Source: Podarcis vaucheri (taxonomy: Eukaryota). Taken from it: 64,000 nucleotides of DNA. The position numbers were made by a program, and so were the translations under genes. Of this stretch, positions 52,005-63,447 are shown one piece after another. The stretch is taken from assembly GCA_965113315.1 (NCBI GenBank), contig OZ220366.1; one strand, given 5' to 3'. The notes beneath the pieces are model-generated. The model saw only the letters and a program-made list of their open reading frames with translations. It did not search any database and was not told the DNA's origin. The stretch's first letter is position 1. Every line of letters begins with the position of its first letter.

Positions 52005-54320
52005 CAGTGGTGCCTCGCAAGACGAAATTAATTCGTTCCGCGAGTTTTTTCGCCTAGCGAATTTTTCGTCTTGCGAAGCACGAAATCCCATAGGAATGCA
52101 TTGAAATTCAATTAATGCGTTCCTATGGTCAAAAAAAGTCCAAACAAAGCCAAATTTGGTACAACAAGAGTTTATTAAGTGCTCTTTAAAGTCACACATA
52201 CTGTAAAGAGCATTTCAAAAACTGAAGGAACAGTAAATTAAGTTTCTAAACATGACAGAAAAACATTTAAAAATCAACAAAGTGTACAGTACGTTTTCTA
52301 AGACTCTGGGGGACCACTCAAAGAAGGTTCCTCTTCCACTCTTTGCTTCTTGCTGAAGAACCTGTCCATGGTCTGCTGCTTCATCCGCCTTTTCAGCACC
52401 TCCCTGAAAGGCAACATGACCCTCGTATCAAAAGTGTTCACAAGGTCATGTGCCACGTGCTTGTCAGGGTGGTGTCGCTGTGCAAAAGCCTGCACATCCT
52501 TCCACTTCAGGCAAATGTCTCTCAGTTCTTTGGAGGACAGCTGTTCTTCAGTTGCTTCCTCCTCTTCCAGTGAGGCCTGCTCCTGCGCAGCCTCTGCCTG
52601 CAGTTCGACCAGCTCCTGGGTGGTCAGCTCGTGGTCATGCTCCTCCACCAGCTCGCTGATGTCCTCCTCTGTGACCTCCAGGCTCATGGTCCTCCCCAAG
52701 GCAACAATGTCCTGCACCACTGTTGACTCTGGTGCATCAGAGTCACTTGGTGCCACACAGTCCGGCCACAGGCTGCGCCAAGCGCAATTCAAATTTCTCT
52801 GGCTGATCCTGTTCCAGGCCGTGGTGATCATCTTCAAGCAGGTGACGATGTCGAAGTGGTCCTTCCAGAATTCCTGCAGGGTGATGGTGGTGCAATCAGT
52901 CACCTCGAAGCATCGCCTGAAAAGCTCCTTGGCGATGACCTGCTGATCCATCGGCTGGAGCAGTGGCATGGTGTTAGGCGGCAGGAACATGATTCTGATG
53001 AAGCTGAACTCCTCCAACAAGTCCAACTCAAGGCCTTTAGGATGAGCAGGAGCATTGTCCATCAGAAGCAAAGCCTTCAGCGGCAGGTCGTTGTCCAGCA
53101 GGTACTGTTTGACAGCAGGGCCAAAAGCAAGATTGACCCAGTCCACAAACAGCACACGTGTGACCCAAGCCTTACTGTTGGATCGCCACATGACACTCAG
53201 CTGCTCCTTGTCGACCTTGTGTTTCTTGAAGGCCTGTGGGTTCTCCGAGTGGTACACAGCAGGGCCTTGATCTTCAGGTTGCCGCTTGCGTTGGCACAGA
53301 AGAGCAGGGTCAGACGGTCCTTCATGGGCTTGTGGCCAGGCAACTTGGCCTCCTCCTGTGTGATGAAAGTCCTTTTGGGCATCCTCTTCCAAAACAGCCC
53401 GGTCTCGTCGCAGTTGAAGACCTGCTGTGGAACGTAGCCCTCCGTCTTCACAGCCTCCAGGAACTCTGCTGCAAAGTCTTCAGCCGCAGGAACATCAGAA
53501 CTGGCAGCCTCTCCATGCCTGACCACGCTGTGGATTCCAGATCTTGCCTTGAACCGGTCAAACCAACCTCTGCTTGCCTTGAAGACTTCTGGCTCGCCTG
53601 AGGTTCCTGGCTGTTCCCAGACGAGGTCTGCGTGCAAGGCCTTGGCCTTCTCACAAATGATGGCCTCAGTCACTGTGTCCCCTGCACACTACTTCTCTTC
53701 TAACCAGATGAGCAGCAACTTCTCGACCTCCTCCAGAACAGCTGGGCAGTTCTTCACGATCCTGGTGACTCCCTTGGCTGCATCAGTCGCAAGGATCTTC
53801 TCCCTCATCTTCAGGATGGTCCCGATGGTTGATGGGTTCCTGCCGTACTCCCTGGCGAGGTCTGTCACACGCATTCCACCGTCGTGCTTCCGGATGATCT
53901 CCTTCTTCATTTCCAGCGTCACCTTCTCCTTCTTCTTCTTGCCGGCCTCTGCAGCAGCAGTCTTCTTGGGTCCCATGGCAGCACAGCTCCTACCTTCGCA
54001 AACTCCAAAAAAAAAAAAAAATAGAATCAGTGCTTCACATCCAAAAAATTCAAAAGCACCCAGCCACCCACCACACAGAAATTCAAACCCAGAACCAAGT
54101 CCTTGAATTCCAAACACCCAACCCAAAATCCAAAACCCCCAAAAATAAGTTTTAAAAGTTTAACTTACCAAATGGCTGCAAAAGAAGTTTTGGAAAAGCT
54201 TCAAAAATCACCAAAGTCTCCCAAAACCTCAACTGTTCCCCCAGCCACCCACCCACCACACAGAAATTGCAAACCCCTCCCCAACTGTTGCAAACCCCTC
54301 CCCAACTGTTCCCCCAGCCA
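52005..54320 (-). mobile_element. Tigger (pogo family) DNA transposon: 3' TIR, transposase and part of the 5' region
   Basis: TA|cagtggtgcctcgcaagacgaa TIR at 52005, minus-strand AATAAA at 52171-52176, and the transposase remnant. Ends abruptly at 54320. Confidence 0.95.
52298..53976 (-). pseudogene. Tigger transposase pseudogene (CENP-B-type HTH domains plus DDE_1, DD36D)
   Basis: MGPKK...TLEMKKEII...LAREYGRNPSTIGTIL; FKASRGWFDRFK; VFNCDETGLFWK; LLMDNAPAH; LQPMDQQVI. Lesions: TAG at 53689-53691, a 1-nt frameshift at ~53257, and a probable short in-frame deletion after DQQVIA. Strong Kozak GCCATGG. Confidence 0.95.
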
Positions 54321-54334
54321 GCCACCCGCATCCC
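54321..54334 (-). mobile_element. Detached 5' head of the Sauria SINE whose body starts at 55700
   Basis: Minus strand gggatgcgggtggc matches the SINE start gggatgagggtggc at 8297-8310 (13/14). Confidence 0.75.
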
Positions 54335-55019
54335 TGTGGATTCCTATAGATGGAATTTTAATCTACCAAATTCCACCCCCTGTCCCAACACTCTGAATGC
54401 TTACAGGTTTCTGGGCCTGTCTTACTAAAACATTTTGCTTAATTTCTTAATATTTACTACTGTGTGGTGTGGTGTTAGTAATCTACCTAGAAGAAATGCT
54501 GAAGACAAAGAACAGTTTGGACCATAACTAAGGTAGCAAATCCATACGGACCTTTATGTCATGGAAGTGAAAAACTCATAGCTTTTTTCATGGTCTACAC
54601 AGAATGCGTGCTGAGTGTGCATAGAAAGAGACAGACTTACTGGATGGACATAGAAGTTATCTTAGGGAATTGTGTTTTTGTTTTTTAACAAGTCTCTTGC
54701 TTTAAAACTGGGAGGTGAGAATAACACTCCTGAATTAGAATAGAGCTGTAACCGTTTAAAACGTTGTGTTCATTCTTATAGCTTCAAGATTTTGTGGTCT
54801 GTTTTTAATTAATAGTATTACTAATGTTGAGAGTAGTAGTATCTGTTTAGGCACTAGTTGGCTAAAGAGATAACAAATGAAATGTTCTAGATTCATTATA
54901 AAGAATTTAAGCAACTATAAACAACTGCTGGGTTTTTTTGAGCTCTTTTGCTCTTGTTTTTTAAAATAAATCTCCAGCATTTATTTTAGTATTGAACATA
55001 ATATTAAGAGTTTTTAGTA

Positions 55020-55700
55020 CAGTGGTGCCCCTCAAGACGAATGCCTCGCAAGACGAAAAACTCGCTAGACGAAAGGGTTTTGCGATTTTTGAGTTGCTTC
55101 GCAAGATGAATTTCCCTATGGGCTTGCTTCGCAAGACGAAAACGTCTTGCAAGTTTGTTTCCTTTTTCTTAAAACCGTTAATACCCAGGGTGCATTGTTT
55201 GAAGAGGTGCAGTTACGACTTGAGGAGCAACTCATAGCACCTTCGAGCAACTTCGAGGAGCAACTCATAGCACGCGGTGTGGTAGCCTTTTTTGAGGTTT
55301 TTGAAGACTTTGTTGATTTTTGAAGCTTTTCCAAAACTTCTTTTGCAGCCATTTGGTAAGTTAAACTTTTAAAACTTTTTTGGGGGTTTTTGGATTTTGG
55401 GTTGGGGTGTTTGGAATTCAAGGACTTGGTGTTGGGGAGGGGTTTGCAAGAATCTGGAGGCTTGTGTGGTTTTTTCTGCATTTTTATGATTTTTGGTGTC
55501 CATTGGGCCACTCTGCTGTTTTTTTAAAAAAAAAATCTGGGTTTGAATTTCTGTGTGGTGGGTGGCTGGGGGAACAGTTGAGGAGGGGTTTGCAAGAATC
55601 TGGGAGCTTGTGTGGTTTTTTTCTGCATTTTTATGATTTTCTGTGACCATTGTGCCATGTTGTTGTTTTTTTAAAAAAAAATTCTGGATTTGAATTTCTG
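55020..55700 (+). mobile_element. 5' TIR and 5' region of the same Tigger, in inverted orientation
   Basis: TA|cagtggtgcccctcaagacgaa TIR. 55292-55430 is the reverse complement of 54094-54232. Contains a ~146-bp tandem repeat (units starting 55431 and 55577). Confidence 0.9.
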
Positions 55701-55870
55701 AGCCTAGGACTTGCCAATCAGAAGGTCGGCAGTTTGAATCCCCACAACGGGGTGAGCTCCCATTGCTCGGTCCCTGCTCCTGCCAACCTAGCAATTCGAA
55801 AGCACGTCAAAGATCAAGTAGCTAAATAGGTACCACTCCAGCGGGGAGGTAAATGGCGTTTCTGTGCGCT
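55700..55870 (+). mobile_element. Sauria SINE body lacking head and tail
   Basis: gagcctaggacttgccaatcagaaggtcggcagtttgaatcc...gtaaatggcgtttctgtgcgct aligns to 8329-8500. Confidence 0.9.
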
Positions 55871-57598
55871 GTTTCTCTGGCTCACTGAATAGGAGCTTTA
55901 AGTTTATCTTTGAACGTACCCTCCCCCCAATGGATGCAACATAAACATTTACAGAATTGCACGGCCATTTTTAATGCATTTTATTGACACAGGCATGCAC
56001 TCACACACCCAGGAAAGTCTGATTCAATTCCAAATGGCTTTACACCAAATCCTCAAAAATACAGAATGTTGGTTGAAGTCCTACAGTTGCAGCAGGTCAC
56101 AAACTGGGCCTAAGTTAAGATTATTTGCAAAATCCACTTTAAAAGTTCATGTGTGGTGGTTTCATCATGTGTAACACAGCTGCGTGAACGTGCCTAAGTG
56201 TGCTGTCTCTTTCCCTTTTTAATGCATTTAGGCTTGCACATAAAGCAAAACACTCATGCAGTATGTGCAATCTAAAGTCACAGTTGCAAAATGTATTCTG
56301 CAATTCCTTTGACATTAAGCAGCCTACCTAACTAAAACAAGCTGTTGTTCCTAGTGTTTTGATCAACTGGAAGATGTCCAATTAACTAAATGAGAGTGGA
56401 CTAAAAGTACAGAACAACAAGAACTTCTTATTTTTATTATTTTTAGTCCATTGTTTTACTATGTGATGCTGGTGATGTACTATGAAAGTAACATAAAAAC
56501 TGTTGGTTAAACAGATGAAGTGCATAGATGGCAACTCCTTTGGCTCTAGATACAATCTTTACATCTGGATGTCAGGCAGGACATAGATGAGCTATTAGTC
56601 AAGTCCTTCAGATGATTTCCATAGAATGAAAGGAAAAGGTCTTAGGTAGCCTTATTAAGAAACTTCAGAGTTTACCTTGTTAGTGTCTGCTATAAAGCAA
56701 TGTAAATAATATGCTTTGAAAACCAGCTAAAGATAAATGATTGAAGAGCTTTTTAAAGTTCTCTTTGTACCTCACCCCTCATAACAAGGAACAGCTGTTC
56801 AAACCAGGCATCAAAAACAGCTCTCTAGCTCAGATTTAACAATGCCAAGACACAGCTGTAATTGAAAGAGAGATGGATGGTTAGTGCTGAAGAAGATGGA
56901 AATTTACCAGAATGGATGGTGTTTAAATGTGTTCTTTTAAAAAGCTAATGAATAGGGAGATTTCTGCTGACAGAAAGCAAAATATAACAGTATAAAACAT
57001 GGATATTGATACAAAAGCTATCCTCAAACAGTTGATAATTGTGTCTGTTTATTTAAGCATAGGTGTATTTATGATAGGGTCAAAATCCTATTTGAGAACT
57101 GTACCCGAGTTAACTATGCTGCCCAACAATGCCAAAAAGTATTATTGCATCCGAGCAATTCATGCAAAACATATTTTGCCCGGGGATTGGTATATTTATT
57201 TGCAATATTTTTATCACCCAAACAAGAAGAGGGGATGATGCAGTTGCAAGGAGGAGCTCAAAACCTTTTGCTTTCATGATAGATGAACTGTAGTTTATAT
57301 TCAAGTCTAAATCTGGACAAACTGTGGTTAATCTTAAATACGGTTTGTTGAAACAAGCCAATGTCAATCCCTACGTTATAAAGCTGGTTTGTTTCAGGCC
57401 AGAGGGAGGAGGAAGAGTCGGGGCAGTCCCACCTTCTTCCCAGCACACGACCCAAGGCAGCTCACAGCATAAATTAAATTAGGTCTTTTGTGTCCTGTAG
57501 TTCCCCCTGTTGAAGAACTTGGCTTAGAGGAAAGCTGTGCACCTTGCAAAGCACCATGCTGGTGGGATCCCACCCAACCACCATTTTAATTTCCTGCC

Positions 57599-57740
57599 AT
57601 CATAGAATTGTAGAGTTGGAAAGTTCCATGAGGGTCATCTAGTACAACACCCTGCAGTGCAGGAATCTTTTTGCCCTATGTGGGGTTTGAATCCAGGACC
57701 CTGAGATTAAGAGTCTCATGCTCTACTGCTTGAACCGTGT
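57599..57740 (-). mobile_element. tRNA(Lys)-derived SINE with CR1 tail
   Basis: Reverse-complement relative of 30502 (gagactcttaatctcagggtc...ctagatgaccctc...ttccaactctacaattctatg). Confidence 0.82.
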
Positions 57741-57872
57741 GGCGCCAGCTATACTTATAAATTAGCACATGATGTTTTTATACAAATCTTTCACATATTT
57801 AAGGCCTGTGTTCTGGAACTCCCAGCCTATTAACACGAGGCAGTGCTGTTTCAGATACCCACTAAAATCTCT

Positions 57873-57875
<3 letters not shown>

Positions 57876-57904
<29 letters not shown>
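57876..57904. repeat. (GT)n microsatellite
   Basis: About 14 units preceded by (CT)n. Confidence 0.95.
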
Positions 57905-57906
<2 letters not shown>

Positions 57907-59168
57907 CAGCAACCTGATCCGGACATGTAAACAAGTAATATATACTTTACTGGTTTTGCTTGCATTTAGTTCGTTATTTTAAAAGGTTTGCTTAGGGGTT
58001 TTTTGATTAAACTGTTTGTACATTCCAGGATCATGACCTGCTTCAGGCAGCACCGTGTTGGTGGTGGGGTAGATAAAGGCAGGAACTGGTGCAATAAGCC
58101 TTGGCACCTACTTGCGAGGCCACCATTTGAAATCTGCTTCAGGGTCTTGCCAACAGCATCAACTTAAAAACAAATACTTCTTTTAAATAAATTTGGCTTA
58201 GGTAGATGCAGGGACCCTCCTTTCAATTATACTATTCAGGTTTCATTTAATAAAGACAGCACGGAGCAGTTTTAAGCGGTATAGACTCCCCACCCACTAC
58301 ATTTCCTAAGCTCTTGGAGATGACACTGTTGTAGTAAAGTTTGTTTCCTTAGTTACCTGATAGCTGCCAACAAGAGCGGCTATCAAGTGCCCTTCATATT
58401 TTTGCACTGTCCTCTATGTAATTGATTGGAACTGTCTTTTTCAGCATTCCTGCGGAGTGAACTGAACTGTGCTTTCCTTATCTTTCACAGACATAGTTTT
58501 GCAATGCTCACTAGCTATTCATTTGGGGAACAGTTCACATGTGTCACTTTTATTAAAATGAGTCATTAAAAAAAGAAGAAGTGTGGAAGCTAAGTGCGAA
58601 GAAAAGAGTGTTTATTTTCACAGTGATTACATGTACAACATGGCATCTGCATGTGCAGAGATGTGAACACCAGTGATTGGAAGAGAAAACAGGGAAGGCC
58701 ACCATCATTATAATCTATTTACACAAATATTCAGACCTGCAAAGGTCTGATGATTATAAATGAGATTACAATATAATATTCTCCCTGATTATACAGTATA
58801 TACCCTTTGGCAGTTCTTCTCCAGGTGATCTCACTGGAAATGCCACAACTTTTGCCACTCAAAATAAATCAGCTATGCCCAGTCACCTGATGGCATATCC
58901 AGGCAAGTTTGATCATGAGTATCCTGGTTTGGCAGAAAAATCCAGAACGGTCATGAAAAGGTCAACTATTAAGGTGAACCAAACTGTGATGTTTACAACT
59001 ATAGCCTTGGAAACCCTAACAAGAGGTAATGCATAAGCCATGGGAATTTACACACAGCTTGACTTCCATAAGTCGTGTCAAAAGGTCAGCAAAACATAGA
59101 ACTACCAATTTCAAAGAAGAGTTAAATGGCAAAGACACGGAGATGGGTAGGTTTCTCTAAGTCTCTCT

Positions 59169-59543
59169 GGGCCCATCTGCACCATACATTTAAAGTAGTA
59201 TTATACATAGCACTTTAACAGTCATGACTTGCCCCGCCCCCTGAATCCTGTGAATTGCAGTTATTTATTATTATTTTTAAAATCATTTTTATTGATTTTA
59301 CAATAAAAACAGCCAATCAACATATCCACATCATAATCCAATTAAAAACAATAAACTAAAATGATTTATTGTTATTTAAGGCTGCTGAGAGTTATTAGGA
59401 AACCCCATACCCCTCACAGAGCTACAATTCTGAGAATTCTCTGGAAAGAGAGAATGATTGTTAAACCACTCTGGGAAGTACAGCACTATGAGGGGAACAG
59501 GGATCTCCTAACAAAATTCAGCACCCTTAAACTGCATTTCTAG
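59169..59543. mobile_element. Palindromic MITE (Harbinger-like) interrupted by a ~100-bp insertion
   Basis: Inverted arms gctgagagttattagga...cccctcacagagcta / tatgagggg...tcctaacaaaattcagc. Insertion at 59268-59370. Confidence 0.65.
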
Positions 59544-61215
59544 TATAGTAGCTAGTATAGCAGATCCATCAGTTGTCCCAATTTAATAGGGGCAGTTTAG
59601 ATTTGAACCCCACAGCCCTCACCCTTGGCTGAAGCAGTGGCAGCAGGTACTGCCAAACGCCTTAGGACACCACCAGGCACCTGTGTCCCCTCGCATCCCT
59701 GAGAGTACAGTGCACCAGCTGTCTCAGCATGGTGAGGGTGCACCAAGGCAGGGAGCAGGGAGGCGCATGTGACAGTGGCGCAAATGGCACTTGGCTGCAG
59801 TGTGTGTCCTGTCCTGGCTGGGAGGCAAACGGCCAAGCAGGGTCCCACACTCACTAAGTGGTGGTGGCAGTGGAACTGCCTAGAGAGCAACATCTGACAT
59901 TGGAGAAGAAGAAGGTAAGCTCTGACTTCAGCTCCCTCCACTCCTCCTCTCTGCCTCCCAACTGGCTGTGTTCCTTGTCAGCAGTGGGCTTTAAGGAGAG
60001 AGTGTGCTCCCTCAGCTTCCAGGAAACTTGTCCTGCCAGGGCAAGTGGGAGATTCCAGCCTTGCTACATGACCCTCAGGAGCCCTTCCAACTTTGCAGTT
60101 CTATGAGTGTATGATTCTCTTAGTGGGTCATGTGACTCGGTCCCAAAAGACACCCCCCCTTTCCTCTGTGGCATATTGGAGGGTATGGTGGCTCCAGCTA
60201 ACTCACTGAGCCAGTTCTGTTCTAGGGGTTCATGGAACCCCCAGGAAGTGAAAAACACAGCAAACACTCATTTTAGGACCTAAAGAACACAGTGTTCAGT
60301 AAAGCAAAAAATATACCATTACCGACAAGATGTGAATGTTTTTCAAGGACCACAAAAACTTTCAGTGGGGCTTGATACAGCACGCAGGTCTTGAATTAAC
60401 CATTCCTGCTTTATTATTTTAGATTATCTTTAGGTTAATACACTTTGAAAACTTCCCTGAGGATTCTTCAGGATCAAAAGCACAGGATATGAAACACAAT
60501 AAATAAAATAAATGAATATTACATGTGGAAGCCAACCTAGAAATTAAGCATACAAGTGTTGTAACATTGGTCATGTATTTGAGAAAAAATTATGGCTTTA
60601 TTGCCATTACATTTCCAATGCTTTCCAAGCTATTTAATAAAATATTCAATGGCAAGGAAAACCCACATGGAGTATACCATAAATCTGTAGGGTACACTGT
60701 AAAGAAATACGGTATTCGCTGGTTTGAATATTTGTATTCCTACAAAAACATGACACAAAATGTGATGTAATCCCTTCAGATGTATGACTGACCCTTTCAC
60801 TTCTACCTGAATGCAGAGAATCAAAACGCTTCATAACAGGATTAACTCAACTTCTCAACTAAATTCCTTTAGGGTATCGTAATGCATGCAAAGATTTCCA
60901 GGCTGTACTATGAGATCACATTTTTCCTTCTCACTCTAAAATTGTCATAAATTCTATATGAGTACCAATACTGTTTGCTTTTTCAGTAGCTATATTCACC
61001 TTTAAAGAATGTTAAGACATCTATAAATAGCATTTAACATTATATAGAATGAAATAGTCATATGTCTATAAGGAACAAGGCATGCAACTTGGAAATGGGA
61101 CTGCCATTTTACAAGGGATTTCCAGGACACTATAGTTAATGCATTTTTAATTTAAGAACATATGTACTGAAAAGATGTAGCAGTTAAAATCAGGAAAGGC
61201 CTTCTTCTCCCATGC

Positions 61216-61353
61216 CAGGGATGGAGAACCTATGGGCCTTCAGTGGTGGATGAAGTCCAGCTCCCACCAACCCCAGCCTGCCTGGCCAGTGGTAAGGTAT
61301 AGTGGGAGTTGTGGTCCAGCAATATCTGAAGAGTCACAGGTTCTCCATTCCTG
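61216..61353. mobile_element. Palindromic hAT-type MITE
   Basis: cagggatggagaacct...aggttctccattcctg TIRs. Confidence 0.75.
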
Positions 61354-61532
61354 TATAACGGCAAACTAGCACATCTTTGGGGGAACACTGGCTGCTTATT
61401 TACAAAATCAAATAGCTTCCACTTGATGAAAATAAATATTCCAAATAACAAATCATTTTGTTTAGATTTAGCAATTGTCCAGCTAAAATACAAGGCTGAA
61501 TACTGGGGGTTGAATGTTGCGTCTTACCTATA

Positions 61533-61758
61533 CAATGGTACCTTGGGTTACAGACTCTTCAGGTTACAGACTCCGCTAACCTGGAAGTAGTACCTCAGGT
61601 TAAGAACTTTACCTCAGGATGAGAACAGAAATTGTGTGGTGGTGGCATGGCGGCAGCGGGAGGCCCCATTACCTAAAGTGGTACCTCAGGTTAATAACAG
61701 TTTCAGGTTAAGAACAGACCTCCAGAACGAATTAAGTTCTTAACCTGAGGTACCACTG
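61533..61758 (+). mobile_element. Tigger/pogo-type MITE (family A, copy 3)
   Basis: TA|caatggtaccttgggtta...taacctgaggtaccactg|TA, with one fewer 16-bp internal unit. Confidence 0.92.
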
Positions 61759-61923
61759 TATCTCTGATTCAAAATCAGACTCTAAGATCCCCCTCCCTGT
61801 CCCATGCCTTGTCTTGTGCCATGATGGGAGAAGGGACTGGGTTTCCATTTTAAAAAGAGAGCCAGAGAATATGATGATTCTCACACCATGACTTAAACTG
61901 TCAAAATAACCAGAACACAGATA

Positions 61924-62165
61924 CAGTGGTACCTCGGGTTACATATGCTTCAGGTTACATACGCTTCAGGTTACACACTCTGCTAACCCAGGAATAGTGC
62001 TTTAGGTTAAGAACTTTGCTTCAGGATAAGAACAGAAATCGGGCTCCAGCGGCGCGGCAGCAGCAGGAGGCCCCATTAGCTAAAGTGGTGCTTCAGGTTA
62101 AGAACAGTTTCAGGTCAAGAACGGACCTCCAAAATGAATTAAGTACTTAACCTGAGGTACCACTG
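61924..62165 (+). mobile_element. Tigger/pogo-type MITE (family A, copy 4)
   Basis: TA|cagtggtacctcgggtta...taacctgaggtaccactg|TA. Confidence 0.93.
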
Positions 62166-62721
62166 TACTGTATTCTGAAGTGTTGCTTGCTGGACTTTTG
62201 AATGGCTAAGTAAGATGCGACTGTTGGAATGTGACAAACCGGGCCTTCAGAAAAATATTGCAGTGGGATACTCCTGTTCAAGGTTCAGGGTTCCAACAAT
62301 GTCTTTTTCCAGGATACACCATTCCATTCCCCCTTGGCCTTCTCTCACCCACCCCCAGGTGTATCCATTAGTATCCATTAACTTGGGAGACAGGGCCGTA
62401 GCACACATCCAAGTCCCTAACACTCTGGTACGCATCACCCCATCCACTGTACCCATGTATGGGATCTTCAGGGGACATTTGCTCTCATTTGCTTGAACAC
62501 TGGTGGAACCCCTGCATGATCAGAGACCCTGCTCTCATCTTCCAAAGGTGTCCCTAGCTATTTTGACACCATGGTGGATCATTTAGCTGTAATTTTCCCA
62601 GCAAAAGAGATACTCATCACCTCTCACTTCAGCAAACCATACACAAAGTTTCCAATTTAAACCTCTGGGTAAGAAAACATCTGTGTAAATGAATCCTTTG
62701 TATTTTGATAGTGCATGCATG

Positions 62722-62735
<14 letters not shown>

Positions 62736-62766
<31 letters not shown>
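62736..62766. repeat. (CA)n microsatellite with adjacent (CG)n
   Basis: Alternating purine-pyrimidine tract. Confidence 0.95.
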
Positions 62767-62768
<2 letters not shown>

Positions 62769-63405
62769 GCATTGGAAGTACATGTTGGATGTTTTCCATA
62801 CATGAAATGTAAGGGAAAATAAAATAAATCCACCAGTTTGATTGATTTTCATTAGGAATTATTTTTAAAGCAATATGTATTAAACTATGAAGCATGAGTA
62901 ACATGAGCTAAATGTACAAAAATATTACAACCTTAGGCATTTACCTACATGGCACAGGAAGTGACTTTGTATTATCTCACCCCGAGGTACCATTTCAAGT
63001 TTCAGTAGTTGAATGTGTGGGGTATTCACTGCAAAGTTCACAGCAGCTGTTAATATTGTTACGAAGTATTAAGGCATGGGAAGAGGAAGATTTACCACAT
63101 CTTCTTAGCCATGCACACCTTTTTGTGTAAGAAATAAAAATAGGCACACACCTCCAGTTTATACATACGGTAAGTGAAATACACACATCAATAGATAGCT
63201 GCTCATGTCTCATGAAGGGTTGGTGAGTCTGTCAATTTTGTTTCCTTTGCTTCTCATTTTTCAAATCTTCAGCTGCTCTTTCAGATGATCTCAATGAAAG
63301 TGAAAATCATTCTGGACACAAAAGTTGTGGAGCCAAATCTAGACTTCTGTATGGCCTTGAACCTGGCTTAGTAACAAATAGATGTGTTTTCACATGCACA
63401 TTCCC

Positions 63406-63406
<1 letters not shown>

Positions 63407-63446
<40 letters not shown>
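63407..63446. repeat. (TTA)n microsatellite
   Basis: About 13 units. Confidence 0.95.

Positions 63447-63447
<1 letters not shown>

Noticed and set aside
52298-53976. A domesticated TIGD/CENP-B-like host gene
   Set aside because: It has TIRs, TA flanks, a stop and a frameshift, so it is a decayed transposon.
6991-62165. All four family-A MITEs share the same orientation
   Set aside because: With four copies this has a 1-in-8 chance probability and is not informative.
62215-62580. GC-balanced segment with overlapping ORFs as a viral or retro-gene fragment
   Set aside because: No recognisable motif in the frames examined; cannot be supported without a search.
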